A program made the position numbers and the translations under genes. The notes beneath the pieces are model-generated. The model was given only the letters and a program-made list of their open reading frames with translations, did no database searches and was not told where the DNA came from. Shown one piece after another: positions 1 through 11,786 of a stretch of DNA of 64,000 nucleotides. Numbering within the stretch: position 1 is the stretch's first letter; each line of letters opens with the position of its first letter. The stretch comes from Eledone cirrhosa (Eukaryota), in contig OZ024744.1 in the NCBI GenBank assembly GCA_964016885.1, positions 82,150,001 through 82,214,000 of the forward strand. Reading direction: 5' to 3'.

Positions 1-68
1 TGAACAGAGAAAATAAAGGGCCATAACTCTATACCACGATGCATGCTGTCCGGCACTCAAATCTATCT

Positions 69-1349
69 TTTGATTGGCAATATCAGTAGAGCGTTGGACA
101 CCACGCTTTTCGGCATTCAAATCTGAATTAAAATCCCGCCGAGATTATCTTTGCCTTTCTTCTTAACGGGGTCGATAAAATAAAACCCCAGTAACGTACT
201 GGGGTCGATTTAATCGACTTTCTCCCCCCTCCAAATTGCTGGCCTTGTACCTAAAGTAGATATCATTATTATTATTATTATTATTATTATTGTGGATTGG
301 CAGTATCGGTAGAGGGTCGGATTCCATACTTTGCAGCATGGAGTTACGCCCTTTATGGTCTGAGTTCAAATCCCGCCGAGGTTAACTTTGCCTTTTATCC
401 TTACGGGGTCGATAAAATAAAGTACCAGTAATACACTGGGATAATTGCTGGCCTTGTGCCAACAGTAGAAACAATTATTATTATTGGATTGGCAGTATCG
501 GTAAAGGGTCGGACGCCATGCTTTGCAGCACAGTTACGTCTCTTTACGAACTGAGTTCAAATCTCGCCGAGGTTAACTTTGCCTTTCATCCTTACGGGGT
601 CGATAAAATAAAGTACCAGTAATGTACTGGATAATTGCTGGCCTTGTGCCAAAAGTAGAAACAATTATTATTATTATTATTTTTGATGAGGGTAGTGGAT
701 TGGCAGTATCGGTAGGGCGTCGGACAACATGCTTCGCAGCATAGAGTTACGTCCCTTTATGTTCTAAGTTCAAATCCCGCCAAGGTTAACTTAATAAAAT
801 AAAGTAAAATAATTGTTTCTACTTTTGGCACAAGGCCAGTAATTACCCAGTGCATTACTGGTACTTTATTTTATCGACCCCGTAAGGATGAAAGGCAAAG
901 TCAACCTCGGCGGGATTTGAACTCAGATCGTAAAGGGACGTAACTATGCTGGAAAGCATGGCGTCCGACCCTCTACTGATGCTGCCAATCCACCACCCTT
1001 TAAAATAAAGTAAAATAATGCGCTGAAGTCAATTTAATTGACTTCTCCCCCCTCCCTTCAAATTGCTGTCCTTGTGCTTCGATAAAATAAAGTACCAGTA
1101 ATGCACTGGATAATTGCTGGCCTTGTGCCTACAGTAGAAACAATTATTAATATTGATTGTAATAATTGTTTCTACTTTTGGCACAAGGCCAGCAATTACG
1201 CAGTGTATTACTGGTACTTTATTTTATCGACCCCGTAAGGATGAAAGGCAAAGTTAACCTCGGCGGGATTTGAACTCAGATCATAAAGGGACGTAACTCT
1301 ATGCTTCAAAGCATGGTGTCCGACTCTCTACCGATACTGCCAATCCACC
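69..1349. mobile_element. Cluster of ~6-7 tRNA-derived SINE copies (family S1), both orientations, separated by (ATT)n
   Basis: Repeated ~190-bp unit GTGGATTGGCAGTATCGGTAGAG...GAGTTCAAATCCCGCCGAGGTTAACTTTGCCTTTCATCCTTACGGGGTCGATAAAATAAAGTACCAG...GGCCTTGTGCC(T/A)A(A/C)AGTAGAAACAATTATT. It has Pol III A-box-like (TGGCAGTATCGG) and B-box (GTTCAAATCC) motifs, and a central block resembling the Meta-SINE conserved domain. The minus copy at ~814-1000 is bounded by direct repeat TAAAATAAAGTAAAATAAT (795-813, 1001-1019). Confidence 0.9.
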
Positions 1350-1877
1350 GCGTAATAATGATGATGGTGATGATCCTCATTTATCCACCAAAACAACAAC
1401 GATATACAGACATATATCTATACAGCATCTCGAAGCAAGAGTCAAGCTCTTCAGTTATGCTGCAAATCTCTGTTTCAGTATCTCTATTTCAATTTATTTT
1501 GCTGCTAATGCACGCAGGAAATGCATAAACATCACAACCTGTAATTTCCTATAGTTTTAAAGTATGAAAGCCATCCAGTCCAGTTAAGAAGAAATCAATA
1601 TTTCAACATTCTCTATTGTATAAAACGAAGTGTTACTATAACCACTACTGCTGCTAGTGCTGCCACTGCTGATATAAATTGGTGTTGTTGATTATGATGA
1701 ACGTTGCTTATGTTGCCGCTGTTTGTATTGTTATGGAAGTAGTATGCTGCTGATGGCTTTGCTGCTGCAGATTTTCTTCGTTTTGTTGTCATTATGGCCA
1801 TCGCATCTGTTGCTGCTGTTTGAAGCAGTAGTTTCTCATAACACTGCCACTGTTTGTTGCTGCGGAGATAGTAATAT

Positions 1878-1878
<1 letters not shown>

Positions 1879-1944
<66 letters not shown>
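1879..1944. repeat. (TATC)n microsatellite, 5' flank of truncated Tx1 copy
   Basis: Pure ATCT run ending immediately before the Tx1 ORF2 sequence. Confidence 0.95.
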
Positions 1945-4388
1945 CATGGACTTCAGCTCCTACCTCGACGACGTACCACGACTCTCGACCACGGATGCGG
2001 AGAGCTGCGAAAGGCCGATCACAGCGGGCGAAATAGAAGATCCCCTAGGCCTCTGTGGGAAACGCAAATCACCCGGTTTCGATGGTCTACCCTATGAGTT
2101 TTACATAGGCATGCCAGACTTGTCTTCTGGCGTCCTCGAAGTGGTCTACTGCAACTGGCAGCAGAACGGGAGGATTTCCAGTTCTATAGACAGAGGCATA
2201 GTAACGCTGATCAGGAAAGATGAGAACAAGGGGGATGAGATAAGCAATTTCAGGCCCATAACTCTGCTCAACACAGAGTTAAAGATTTTGGCCAAGGTGT
2301 TAGCAACGAGCCTGGCGCTTGTCGTCGAGAACCTGGTAGGGGAAGCGCAAACGTGTGCAATCCCGACCAGGTCCATACACGACAACCTCCACCTCATGCG
2401 ATACATCATAGAGAGGGTTGAGTGTAAACCTGGCTTGCTTCGGTGGGGCTCTAATCAATTTAGATCAGTCTAAGGCATTTGATAGGGTCGACCATTAATA
2501 CTTGGAAGCGGTTCTCAAGGCGGCCGGCTTCGGTCCCGTCTTCAGAGGCTGGATCGCTGCCATGCACAACAACATCTGCTCGGCAGTCAAGGTGAATGGC
2601 TACCTATCGGAGCCATTCCAAATCATGCGTTCCATCCGTCAAGGGTGCCCCCTCTCCTCCATTCTGTATGTATTGACTCTCTAGCCATTACTACGGAAGT
2701 TGGAGCTGTTGCAGGGCATCCCGATCGAAGGCGGACTGCGGAGAGCAGCATCGACCTATGCCGACGACATAACCGTGATGGTGTCGAAAACTTCGGACAT
2801 CGGGTAATCGGCAACCTATTACAGGAATACGAAACGTTGATAGGAGGAAGACTAAACCCAAACAAGTCTGTCGGTTTGCAACTCGGCACATGGAGAGGCA
2901 AACCCATGCCTTCCGACAGTGTCGTTGGACGCTGGACGGAAGGACCGGTGAAATTGCTCGGGGTCTGGTTTGGTCCAGACCTCCAGGTGGACAAGAACCG
3001 GAACGAGGTCACAGCGAAGGTGTTTGCACTCACCCAGAAGTGGGCTGAGTACAAACTCTACTTGAAAGGTCGAGAGGAGGAGGCGAACACTTACATAGCA
3101 TCTGTCATCTACTACCGCTTGACAGTCATGCCTTGTCCCCGTGAATACCTCACCAAAATGGAACGCCTACTTTTCAAGTTTTTCTGGAAGAAACAGGCTC
3201 CATTGATGAGGAGATCCATCTGCTGCCAACACCCTTCTAACGGAGAGCTGGGAATGTCGTGGCTGATGATGCGCAAACACGCGCTGAGGCTACGCCATCT
3301 CCAGGTATTCCTGACCGGCGAACCGGTGTGTCTGTCGTTTGTGAGACAAGCTCTTCCACAACTCGTCTCACTAACAGAGCTGCAGTCCTGGGTCAAGCGA
3401 AGACCGAAAATGGGTGCCTGGCACCTCGAGTGCCTTCAGGCGCTCACAGTCCTCTACCAAGCGGAAACAGAAATCAGCGGAGACTCCACTTCGATATTCT
3501 ATAGGGGATTAGTGGAGGATAAGTGCTACGACGTTCTCGGGAGAAACTCTAGGCATCGAGGAACACGAACTGACCAGTCTGTTCGGGAGGACTTTCTGTC
3601 CAGGGCCTATGGATAACTTCCTGGGGTCTCTGGCTTGGCAGTGCTACCGAGGGACTCTACCAGTTCGAGACAAAATCTAAAGGCACGAACGCCCTGGCAG
3701 AGATCCTGCCAAAGGGACGTGTCCAAGATGTGAGCAGGACATCGAAACCGTTCTGCACGCAATTGTTCAGTGCCCAGGGGTGACCGACCTGTGGAATTAT
3801 GTCGAACAGCTACTGTCACGTGTGGGACGCATCCAGTTGTCAGTCGAGTCCATCGTGAGGATCACCCCGCCGCCTTCATTTAAACATGAAGGAGAGGCGG
3901 TCTTCCTCTGTCTGGTGGCTATGGCGAAAGAGGTAATATGGTGGACGAGGTTAAAAGGACTGAGGGCAAACACCTTTCTCTCCGGACAACAACTTATCCC
4001 CTTCTTTAAGTATCACTTCAGAAGGGAGGTGAGAGTGGAGAGAGAGGTGTTACACCCCAGTAAATTCGCTGAAAGGTGGGTGAATATGGCGAAAATGGCC
4101 CGAGTGAATGGGCATTCTCTGTATATAAACCTGTAGGTTGAGGAAGATAAACAGAGGAAAGACAGGAAGACCTACAAAACGTGTTCCTGGTGTTGAGGGT
4201 TATTCTATCCACGGGGTGTAAAACAAGCCCGCAGTAACGTTGCCCCCCCTCCCCCATGGGGATTTCAATTGTTTTATTTTTATATAGTTTATTGTTATTT
4301 ATCATTGTTAAAGGTTTTATGTAAAAACCCGCCGTCACGTCTTGTAATGTCCCATTTTTGTACGCCCCTGTGGCAAATAAAGAAAGAT
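1945..4388 (+). mobile_element. 5'-truncated, frameshifted Tx1-clade non-LTR retrotransposon (ORF2 RT to 3' end)
   Basis: ORFs 1946-2473, 2502-2684, 2645-3616 and 3780-4136 align piecewise to ORF2 50295-53732 (KSPGFDGLP, NFRPITLLN, QGCPLS). 3' terminus CCCCTGTGGCAAATAAAGAAA is followed by ATCT. Confidence 0.95.
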
Positions 4389-4547
4389 ATCTATCTATCT
4401 ATCAATCTATGTATATATATATATATATATATATATCTATATCTATCTGGCTGGCTGTCTGTGTATCTGTCTGTATGTCTACCTGTTAGTCCATTTGCCT
4501 GACTGTCTGTCCTCTGTCTGCCTGCCTCTCTGTCTGTCTGTATTTGT

Positions 4548-4592
4548 CGCCTTCTTTTGTGCCCCTGTGGCTAATAAAGAAACATATCTATC
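4548..4592 (+). mobile_element. Extreme 3' tip (~45 bp) of Tx1 family within ATCT/GTCT repeats
   Basis: CCTTCTTTTGTGCCCCTGTGGCTAATAAAGAAA matches 53937-53969 and is followed by CATATCTATCT. Confidence 0.8.
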
Positions 4593-4632
4593 TGTCTGTT
4601 TGTGTATCTATCTGTTTATCTATTTATCTATC

Positions 4633-4665
<33 letters not shown>

Positions 4666-4714
4666 TTTTTTAGTCATAACATTTTTTACCATATGAATGT
4701 ATGCATGTATGTAT

Positions 4715-4995
4715 GTCTGTCAGGTCACCAGTTGGTGCTACTGGTAACCTGTATCTCAGTACAACCTGTCTCATGGTCGGATCGTTGGCGACTAAACTGG
4801 CAACCCCACCAATGTTTCTTGGTGAGGAGGGTGACTTTGGACATCCTGCAGGACTAAAAACACAACCTGTCAAAGGGCAAAGGAGCTCTTAAGAGTCAAT
4901 GGCCATCCAAAATCACCGGGAGAGATGACCCCTTAGCCTTTGTCAAGGCAGAATTCTAGGAGAAGGAAAACTCTGATATAACACCTGCAACTCTG
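4715..4995 (+). mobile_element. Probable RTE-clade 5' UTR fragment
   Basis: Motifs GGCGACTAAACTGGCAACCCCACC and TAGGAGAAGGAAAACTCTGATATAACACC resemble RTE 5' UTRs (recognised from memory, not aligned). Confidence 0.5.
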
Positions 4996-6080
4996 ATGGT
5001 ATCCGATGATGTTGACTTGTTCTTCTTTTTGGTAAATATCATCTTGGTTAAGAGAGTTGGACTGGCTTTGTGCAGTGCCTTTGCTCGCTATAAAAGCTTC
5101 ACGGCACAGGCATTGCTTTATATCTGGAGATCTCTCTGCACTTGTCGTCACATGGTACCATGGGCCCAGCACTATGTGTCAGTAATTGTCACAAGTGTAG
5201 TGTTTGTACCAGAGTTTTGGCTAAAAACTCATTAAAAAGTCACACTCGTTCAGCGCATCGGTAGGGGTTCTCCTACATGGATATAAAGTAGTGGCCGGAC
5301 TCGAAAACGAGTTGGCAGCCACCATGTATGTATGTATGTATGTATGTATGTATGTATGTATGTATGTATGTATGTATGTATGTATGTATGTATAGATATA
5401 TAGATATATAGATAGATAGATAGATAGATACCTTGACAGACAAATAGACAGATAGATAGAATAGATAGATAGATAGAACGGGACAGCTTACTCTGGGCAT
5501 ATCCAGCATCGCGAACATTTCCAACAATAATGCCTGAGCTCCATGCTTAAGATCTGGTATTTTCGTTGACAGTAGAGTGACCATTCATCTTTTAAAAATT
5601 TTAGGAAACCTTTGCGAATGTTCTTGTCTCATATATGCCGATGATCTGTTGCTTAAGTATCGAAGCTGTCTTCTTTCTCCAAGAATCCAAGTTCAACCCT
5701 ACTTTAAATCAAGTGAGCTTATGTATACCTTGTCACTTCTACAATAATAGCTAAAAATACTAAAAGTGTATTTTGGGTACTGGATTTGGAGACGTGTCAT
5801 CATTGAAAGAAAGAAAGTGAAATTTACAGCTCACATCGTACCTATGCAGATTTAGATGGCTCTCTGCGAGGTTGTATCTCATAACAGGTTTCTCAAACGT
5901 TTAATGACAGCGGCATCTTGCTTCAGATCTTAACGTGCCGTCCGCGGTCCAGGAAAAAAGGCCATGTGTCTTCTCATCAGTGATCTATAGATATATTTTA
6001 CTCCTGTATATTTTACTCGTACATTGATGTCAAGTGGACAGCTGATTTCCACAAAATAAAAACGCTCAAAACCAATATCA

Positions 6081-6505
6081 TTTTTTTTTTATAGAAGTAT
6101 AAATTCTCTTTATTTATCTTTATCAATAATTAGAAACGGAAAAGGAAGGGAAAAGCAAGGGCTCTATGGTAACAGAAGAATGGGAGGGGGAGGATGTGTT
6201 CTAGGGTTAGGGCGCGGCGGTGTTGGGGCTGCGCATCGCGGACAAGACTGTAAAAGCACTCCAGCGGATAATGACCAGCGACACCCGCTGCAACAGCCAC
6301 CCCCACCTCGCGGGGCTCCTTCCTCAGACGGGTTGTCGACGTCCCGATCTTGCGGAGGAGCTCGATTGTATGGGGTCCAAGTACGCCTGAGGTCTCGGCG
6401 GGAAAATCCACGGTATTTGTTTATCTTCCTTTCCTCTGCATTGCAGGCTGCGGTACCGGGGTTTGTGGCTGAAGCGACTAAGTTGGAGGCGGAGAACGTA
6501 TCTCA
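6081..6505 (-). mobile_element. 3' fragment of CRE-like RLE-type non-LTR element with poly(A)
   Basis: Frames give DTFSASNLVASATNPGTAACNAEERKINKY and AETSGVLGPHTIELLRKIG...EPRE, like the restriction-like endonuclease C-terminus of CRE elements. AATAAA and an A-tail are present (T-run from 6081). Confidence 0.7.
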
Positions 6506-6925
6506 ACATGTTTTAATCAAGCTGTTCTTATTACTGCTAGCGTCCATCAATATTCTTTTGAACAATCAGTTTCAATATATTCGCCTTTATTTGTTGTTAC
6601 TTTATTTCTTTCTCATGTTATTCCAAGATTGGAATAACATGCTGACTACTCAATCATGCCCCAGTTGTAAGTGGTATCTAAACTAAATAAACATTCTTTC
6701 ACTTCTAGCTGTAATGTAAACCTGCCGTCGTTAAAGGGTTTGTGTGTGTGTGCGTGCGGGGGGGGGGGGGTAAGCCCTTCAAATAATGTGGAAAATAATT
6801 TGTTTTAATATACTTGTGCTTCGGTGTTTACTACACTGATTTTCTATTGACTCTAAATATGATCATGTTTTTAATTTCTTTCTTAGTCTCGTATTGGTAA
6901 TAAAAAAAGGTGTGAGCTAATCATG

Positions 6926-6980
<55 letters not shown>

Positions 6981-7077
6981 AAATGGGGAGAAGAATACTG
7001 CAGGTTGCACATGGATAACATGTTATAAAATGAGTCCCTCATCAGTGATTTGCCAACGATCATAGATATTTCATTGC

Positions 7078-7112
<35 letters not shown>

Positions 7113-7116
<4 letters not shown>

Positions 7117-7428
7117 CGAAGGAAATGTGGTAAGGAACCAGGTGGACCATAACGCACCAAAGTACTCAATACTTGATGTAGTAGAGTGGGTAATAGGAAC
7201 CAGTAAGACCCCGACAGCTGAGCTCAAGCCGTTTCGACGGCTAATTCTGGACTAAATGAAAATTTATCCTGGTATTTAAATAGCCGATCTTCTCAAGGGG
7301 TAATTCCATATATGGAATTACCCCTTGAGAAGATCGGCTATTTAAATACCAGGATAAATTTTCATTTAGTCCAGAATTAGCCGTCGAAACGGCTTGAGCT
7401 CAGCTGTCGGGGTCTTACTGGTTCCTAT
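7113..7428. mobile_element. Short (TA)n-flanked element (family P1, Penelope pLTR-like) containing a perfect 236-bp palindrome (7193-7428)
   Basis: Exact inverted arms centred at 7310/7311, with (TA)n on both sides. Same family at 7449-7622, 12200-12350, 20300-20400(-), 22381-22572, 29660-29800 and 32145-32260. Confidence 0.85.
7320..7413 (+). ncRNA. Type I hammerhead ribozyme, U3-A8 core variant (mirror copy on minus strand 7208-7301)
   Basis: Stem I ACCCC/GGGGT; core TTGAGAA (7325-7331); stem II GA(T)CGGCTA/TAGCCGTC; GAAA 7386-7389; stem III CGGCT/AGCTG; GTC triplet with predicted cut after 7408. Confidence 0.75.
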
Positions 7429-7448
7429 ATATATATATATATATATAT

Positions 7449-7622
7449 GGGAAAAGAATCAAGACCCCGACGGCTGAGTTCCGGCCGTTTCGACAGTTAG
7501 ATGTCGAAACGGCCGGAGCTCAACCGTCGGGGTCTTGACTCTTTTCCTATTACCCACTCTACTATCCTAAGTATCGAGTACTCTGGTGCGTCCACCTGGT
7601 TTCTTACCACACTTTCTTTATT
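7449..7622 (+). mobile_element. Family P1 copy with internal inverted duplication; 3' half of hammerhead only
   Basis: GTCGAAACGGCCGGAGCTCAACCGTCGGGG plus TTACCCACTCTACTATCCTAAGTATCGAGTACTCTGGTGCG tail; inverted arms ~7451-7546. Confidence 0.8.
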
Positions 7623-7767
7623 ACACACATACACACACACACAGACACACACACACACAGATATATATATATATTTAATAAAAGGAAAAGAATTACTTCA
7701 CTTGTAGTTTGTATGATGAAAGCATTACAGCTGGTCAATCAGTACAGACCGATAGGGAAGTAATAGA

Positions 7768-9430
7768 TATATTTCTTTATTTGCCACAAGGGCGCACAAG
7801 AAAAGGGGACAAAACAAAGACACATGCCGGGGATTTTACATACAGTCGTGTAAAAATATTGAAACAAACAAATATAACAATCGAAATCCCCAATAGGGGG
7901 GAGGCGCCACAAATGGGTTGTTTAATACCCCGCCGATAGAACAACCCTCAACTTCAGGAGCGTGTTGTGCAAGTGCTCCTTTCTTCCTTTTACTCTCTTC
8001 TTCAACCTACAGGTTTATATAGAGAAAAGGCCCAATCACTCGGGCCATTTTTGCCACATTCACCCACCTTTCAGTAAATTTACTGGGGTGCGGTGCCTCT
8101 CTCTCCACTCTGATTCTCCTTCTAAAGTGGTACCTGAATAAGGGAATGATTTGTTGTCGGAGAGAAAGGCATCTGTCCTCAGTCCTCTCAATCTCGTCCA
8201 CCATATAACCCCTTTCACCATAGCCACTATACAGAGGAAAACCGCCCCTCTTTCGTTTTTGAAAGAAGTTGGCGGTTTGATCCTTACTATGGACTCGGCA
8301 GTCAATTGGATTTGTCCTATACGCGACAACAGTTGTTCTGCATAGTTCCACAAGTCGGTTACATCCGAGAAGTGTACAGTTGCGTGCAAGACAGTTTCAA
8401 TGTCCTGCTCGCATCTTGGGCACGTCCTCTTGGAAGGATCCCTGCCGGGGCGTCCGTGCCTGTAGATCTTGTCACGAACTGGTAGAGCTCCTCGGTAGCA
8501 CTGCCAGGCCAGGGACCTCTGGAAGTTGTCCATAGGTCCCGGGCGGAAAATCCTACCAAACAGACTGGTCAGTTCGTCGTCTTTGGCGCCTAGTGTTTTC
8601 CCGAGCATGTCGTCGCCCTTGTGACGTACTAACCCTCTATAGAATGTCGAAGTGGAGTCTCCACTTATTGCCGTGCCCGCTTGACAGAGGACTGTGAGCA
8701 CCTGAGCGCATTCAATGTGCCAGGCGCTCATCTTTTTCGGTCTCCACTTGACCTAGGACTGCAACTCCATCAGCGAGACAAGTTGCGGGAAGGGCTGTCT
8801 CACAAACGGTGCTCACACCGGTTGGGGGTCGGTGAGGATTACCTGTAGATGCGGTAGCCTCAGCGCATGTTTGCGCATCATCAGCCACGACATTCCCAGC
8901 CCTAAGCTGGAAGAGTGCTGACAGCAGACGGGTCTCCTCACCAGTGGAGCCTGTTTCTTCCAAAGGAACTGGAAGCGCATGCGTTCCATCTTGGTGAGGT
9001 GTTCAGTGGGACAAGGCACGACGGTCAAGCGGTAGTAGATGACGGACGCTACGAAAGTGCCGGCCACCTCCGCTCGACCTTTCAAGGATAGTTTGCACTC
9101 TGCCCACTTCTGGATGAGCGCAAATACCTTGGCCGTGACCTCGTTCCAGATTTTCTCCTCCTGGAGGTCCGGACCCAACCAGACTCGAGCAATTTCACCG
9201 GTCCGTCCGTCCAGCCTCCGACGACGCTGTCGGACGGCATCGGTTTGCCTCTCCACGTTCCGAGTTGCAAACCGACAGACTTGTTCAGGTTCAGTTTTGC
9301 TCGTGTGAGCCTTTCGTATTCCTGCAGTAAGTTGCCGACCACCGCGATTTCCGAGGTTTCCGACACCATTACTGTCATGACGTCGACATAAGCCGACGCT
9401 GCTTTCCGCAGTCCCGGTTCCAACGGGATG
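7768..9430 (-). mobile_element. 5'-truncated decayed Tx1 copy
   Basis: ORFs 9082-9423, 8813-9256, 8060-8731 and 8007-8351 match the ORF2 C-terminal half. The 3' terminus reads GCCCTTGTGGCAAATAAAGAAATATATCTAT on the minus strand. Confidence 0.95.
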
Positions 9431-9599
9431 ATAGTAAGTTAGTTAGTTAGTAAGCAAATGGGAACGTCCTTAAAAGGTAGTAGGAGACATATAACCCAGT
9501 TACAAGTATGAAAATACTTTCTTGACAGGTGCAATGTGTCCGAACACAGAAGAAGAGCCGAACTTCCCCCATCATCGCCCCCATCACTCTCGCCCTCCC

Positions 9600-9740
9600 C
9601 ATCTCTCTACATAGTGATCAAATGGGGTCCAACGTGTTGGCCGCCCCGCAGCCCCGGCGGACAGAATGGAGAAGGCGTTTTTCTCGGAGGATGGTAGGAG
9701 TGTATAGAGGTAAAGGTGAATTTTCTCTATGGTTTGTATG
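9600..9740 (+). repeat. Unclassified dispersed repeat (second copy ~11120-11240)
   Basis: Shared CAAATGGGGTCC.AC.TG.TGGCCGCCC...CCCGGCGGACAGAATGGAGAAGGCGTTT.CTCGGAG.ATGGTA. Confidence 0.7.
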
Positions 9741-10283
9741 TATAGTGCGTGTGTGTATATATATATATATCTAAATATGATAATAAGGGCGCTGCGGAGT
9801 TGCAAATGGGTTACATATGAAAAAAGTTTGTCCTTCAAGTTCGGTGAAATCGTGTTCACGATTTCACCGAACTTAAATTCATAGAAATCTGGGACTTGTT
9901 TCCTCCTTCCTCACTTTCTGTTGCCTCACCATTTTGTTTGTTTACCCTCGCGTCCCCTTTATTTACGTGTCCCAACGACTTTTTTTAGCCGTTGCTCGCA
10001 CCAACCGGAGGTATATGGTCTTTAAAGATTGAAATACCTATGATAGTCGGAAGATCACTGATGAAGGTCAAACTTTTTTCATATATATCTAAATATGTAT
10101 ATAAGTATGTATGCATTTATGATTGTATACATGTGTATATGTGTATGTATGTATGTATATATATGTACACAGACACACACAGACACACACACACACAAAC
10201 ACACATACACACAGACACACACAGACGCACACACACACATACACACACACACACACAGACACACACAGACACACACACACACA

Positions 10284-10334
<51 letters not shown>

Positions 10335-10500
10335 GTATATATGTGTATATATATATAATATTTTTATTGACCAGTTTTATATTAAGGGTTTCCAAACGTA
10401 GAACCGCCCATTTCAACCGATGCATTGGAGAATAAGTCAAACTGTTGATATAAATACTTTCAACTTCCAAATTATGTGTTTATTATTTTACTCTTTTGAA

Positions 10501-10697
10501 GGGTGGTGGATTGACAGTATCGGTAGAGGGCCGGACGCCATGCTTTGACGCATAGAGTTCAAATCCCGCCGAGGTTAACTTTACCTTTCATCCTTACGGG
10601 GTCGATAAAATAAAGTACCAGTCACGCACTGGGGTCGATTTAATCGACTTTCCCCTCCCCCAAAATTGCTGGCCTTGTGTCTATATAAGAAACAATT
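10501..10697 (+). mobile_element. SINE S1 copy
   Basis: Matches the S1 consensus; imperfect TSD ATTAT..T.CTCTTTTG on both sides. Confidence 0.9.
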
Positions 10698-11394
10698 ATA
10701 TTCCTCTTTTGTTTGTATCCAACTGGATATAAATAATCAATAATATACAGATAGTTGGACGATCAACAACTTACGTCTATCTATTCGCATATCATAGACA
10801 TTATTTACATGCCTGGTAATGTCATATTAGACGTACGTAGCCATTACGTAATCACGGTCTGATACCTCTGAAATGTGCATTACGGATATTATGTTATGTA
10901 ATATAATAAATTGAAATATGGAAACAGAAACGTCTTTTAGTTTTTAAAACCATACATGTAAAAAACAATTTTTACTTTTTTACTTAATTCACACCATCTA
11001 ATAGCTTGAGGTGCAAACACAGTATTCTAAAAACCTTCGCTGGTTACAAACCACTACCTCCCTACGGACAACTGACGCCGCACACCAGGTCCGAACACCG
11101 AACTCCCACTGTCATTGTCTCCATCTCTTTATTATGAGCAAATGGGGTCCCACATGCTGGCCGCCCACGCTCCCGGCGGACAGAATGGAGAAGGCGTTTC
11201 CTCGGAGAATGGTAAGGGAGATGCGCTGGAAAATTCTTACTCATATAGATAAGTGGAGGAACACTTATGAATGATTGTGAAGATCTGTATCGGCTGTTGT
11301 CCACTTTTACCCTCTAGATTGTCTAAGCTATTATCTATAACAATCTACTGCGTTTGAGATTTTCTCTCTCTCTCTCACTCTCTCTCCCCCTCCC

Positions 11395-11472
<78 letters not shown>

Positions 11473-11689
11473 CAAAAGTATGTATACTAACTAATCAAAG
11501 AGAAAAAATAAGTCATCAGTTATGAGAATTATATGCCAATAGAGAGGGGGACAGTGTGCTCAATGCGTATTAGATGCAAAACAAGCAAACAAAGTGAATA
11601 AGCCAGCGAAATTTCCCTGTTTTCTCTAATGTTTTCATCTTTGTAGAAAAGCTCTGCTTATAAAATTTTTGCTTGACTTTATATATATA

Positions 11690-11744
<55 letters not shown>

Positions 11745-11786
11745 TGTTTAACAAGATTCTTTATCTGAAAACGTGTGTTGAAACCG

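Noticed and set aside
292-475. tRNA genes at A/B-box motifs
   Set aside because: No cloverleaf or terminator; these are SINE heads
9992-10470. Many [12 protein letters not shown] ORFs here and throughout the window
   Set aside because: Translations of (TA)n, (CA)n and (ATGT)n microsatellites, not genes
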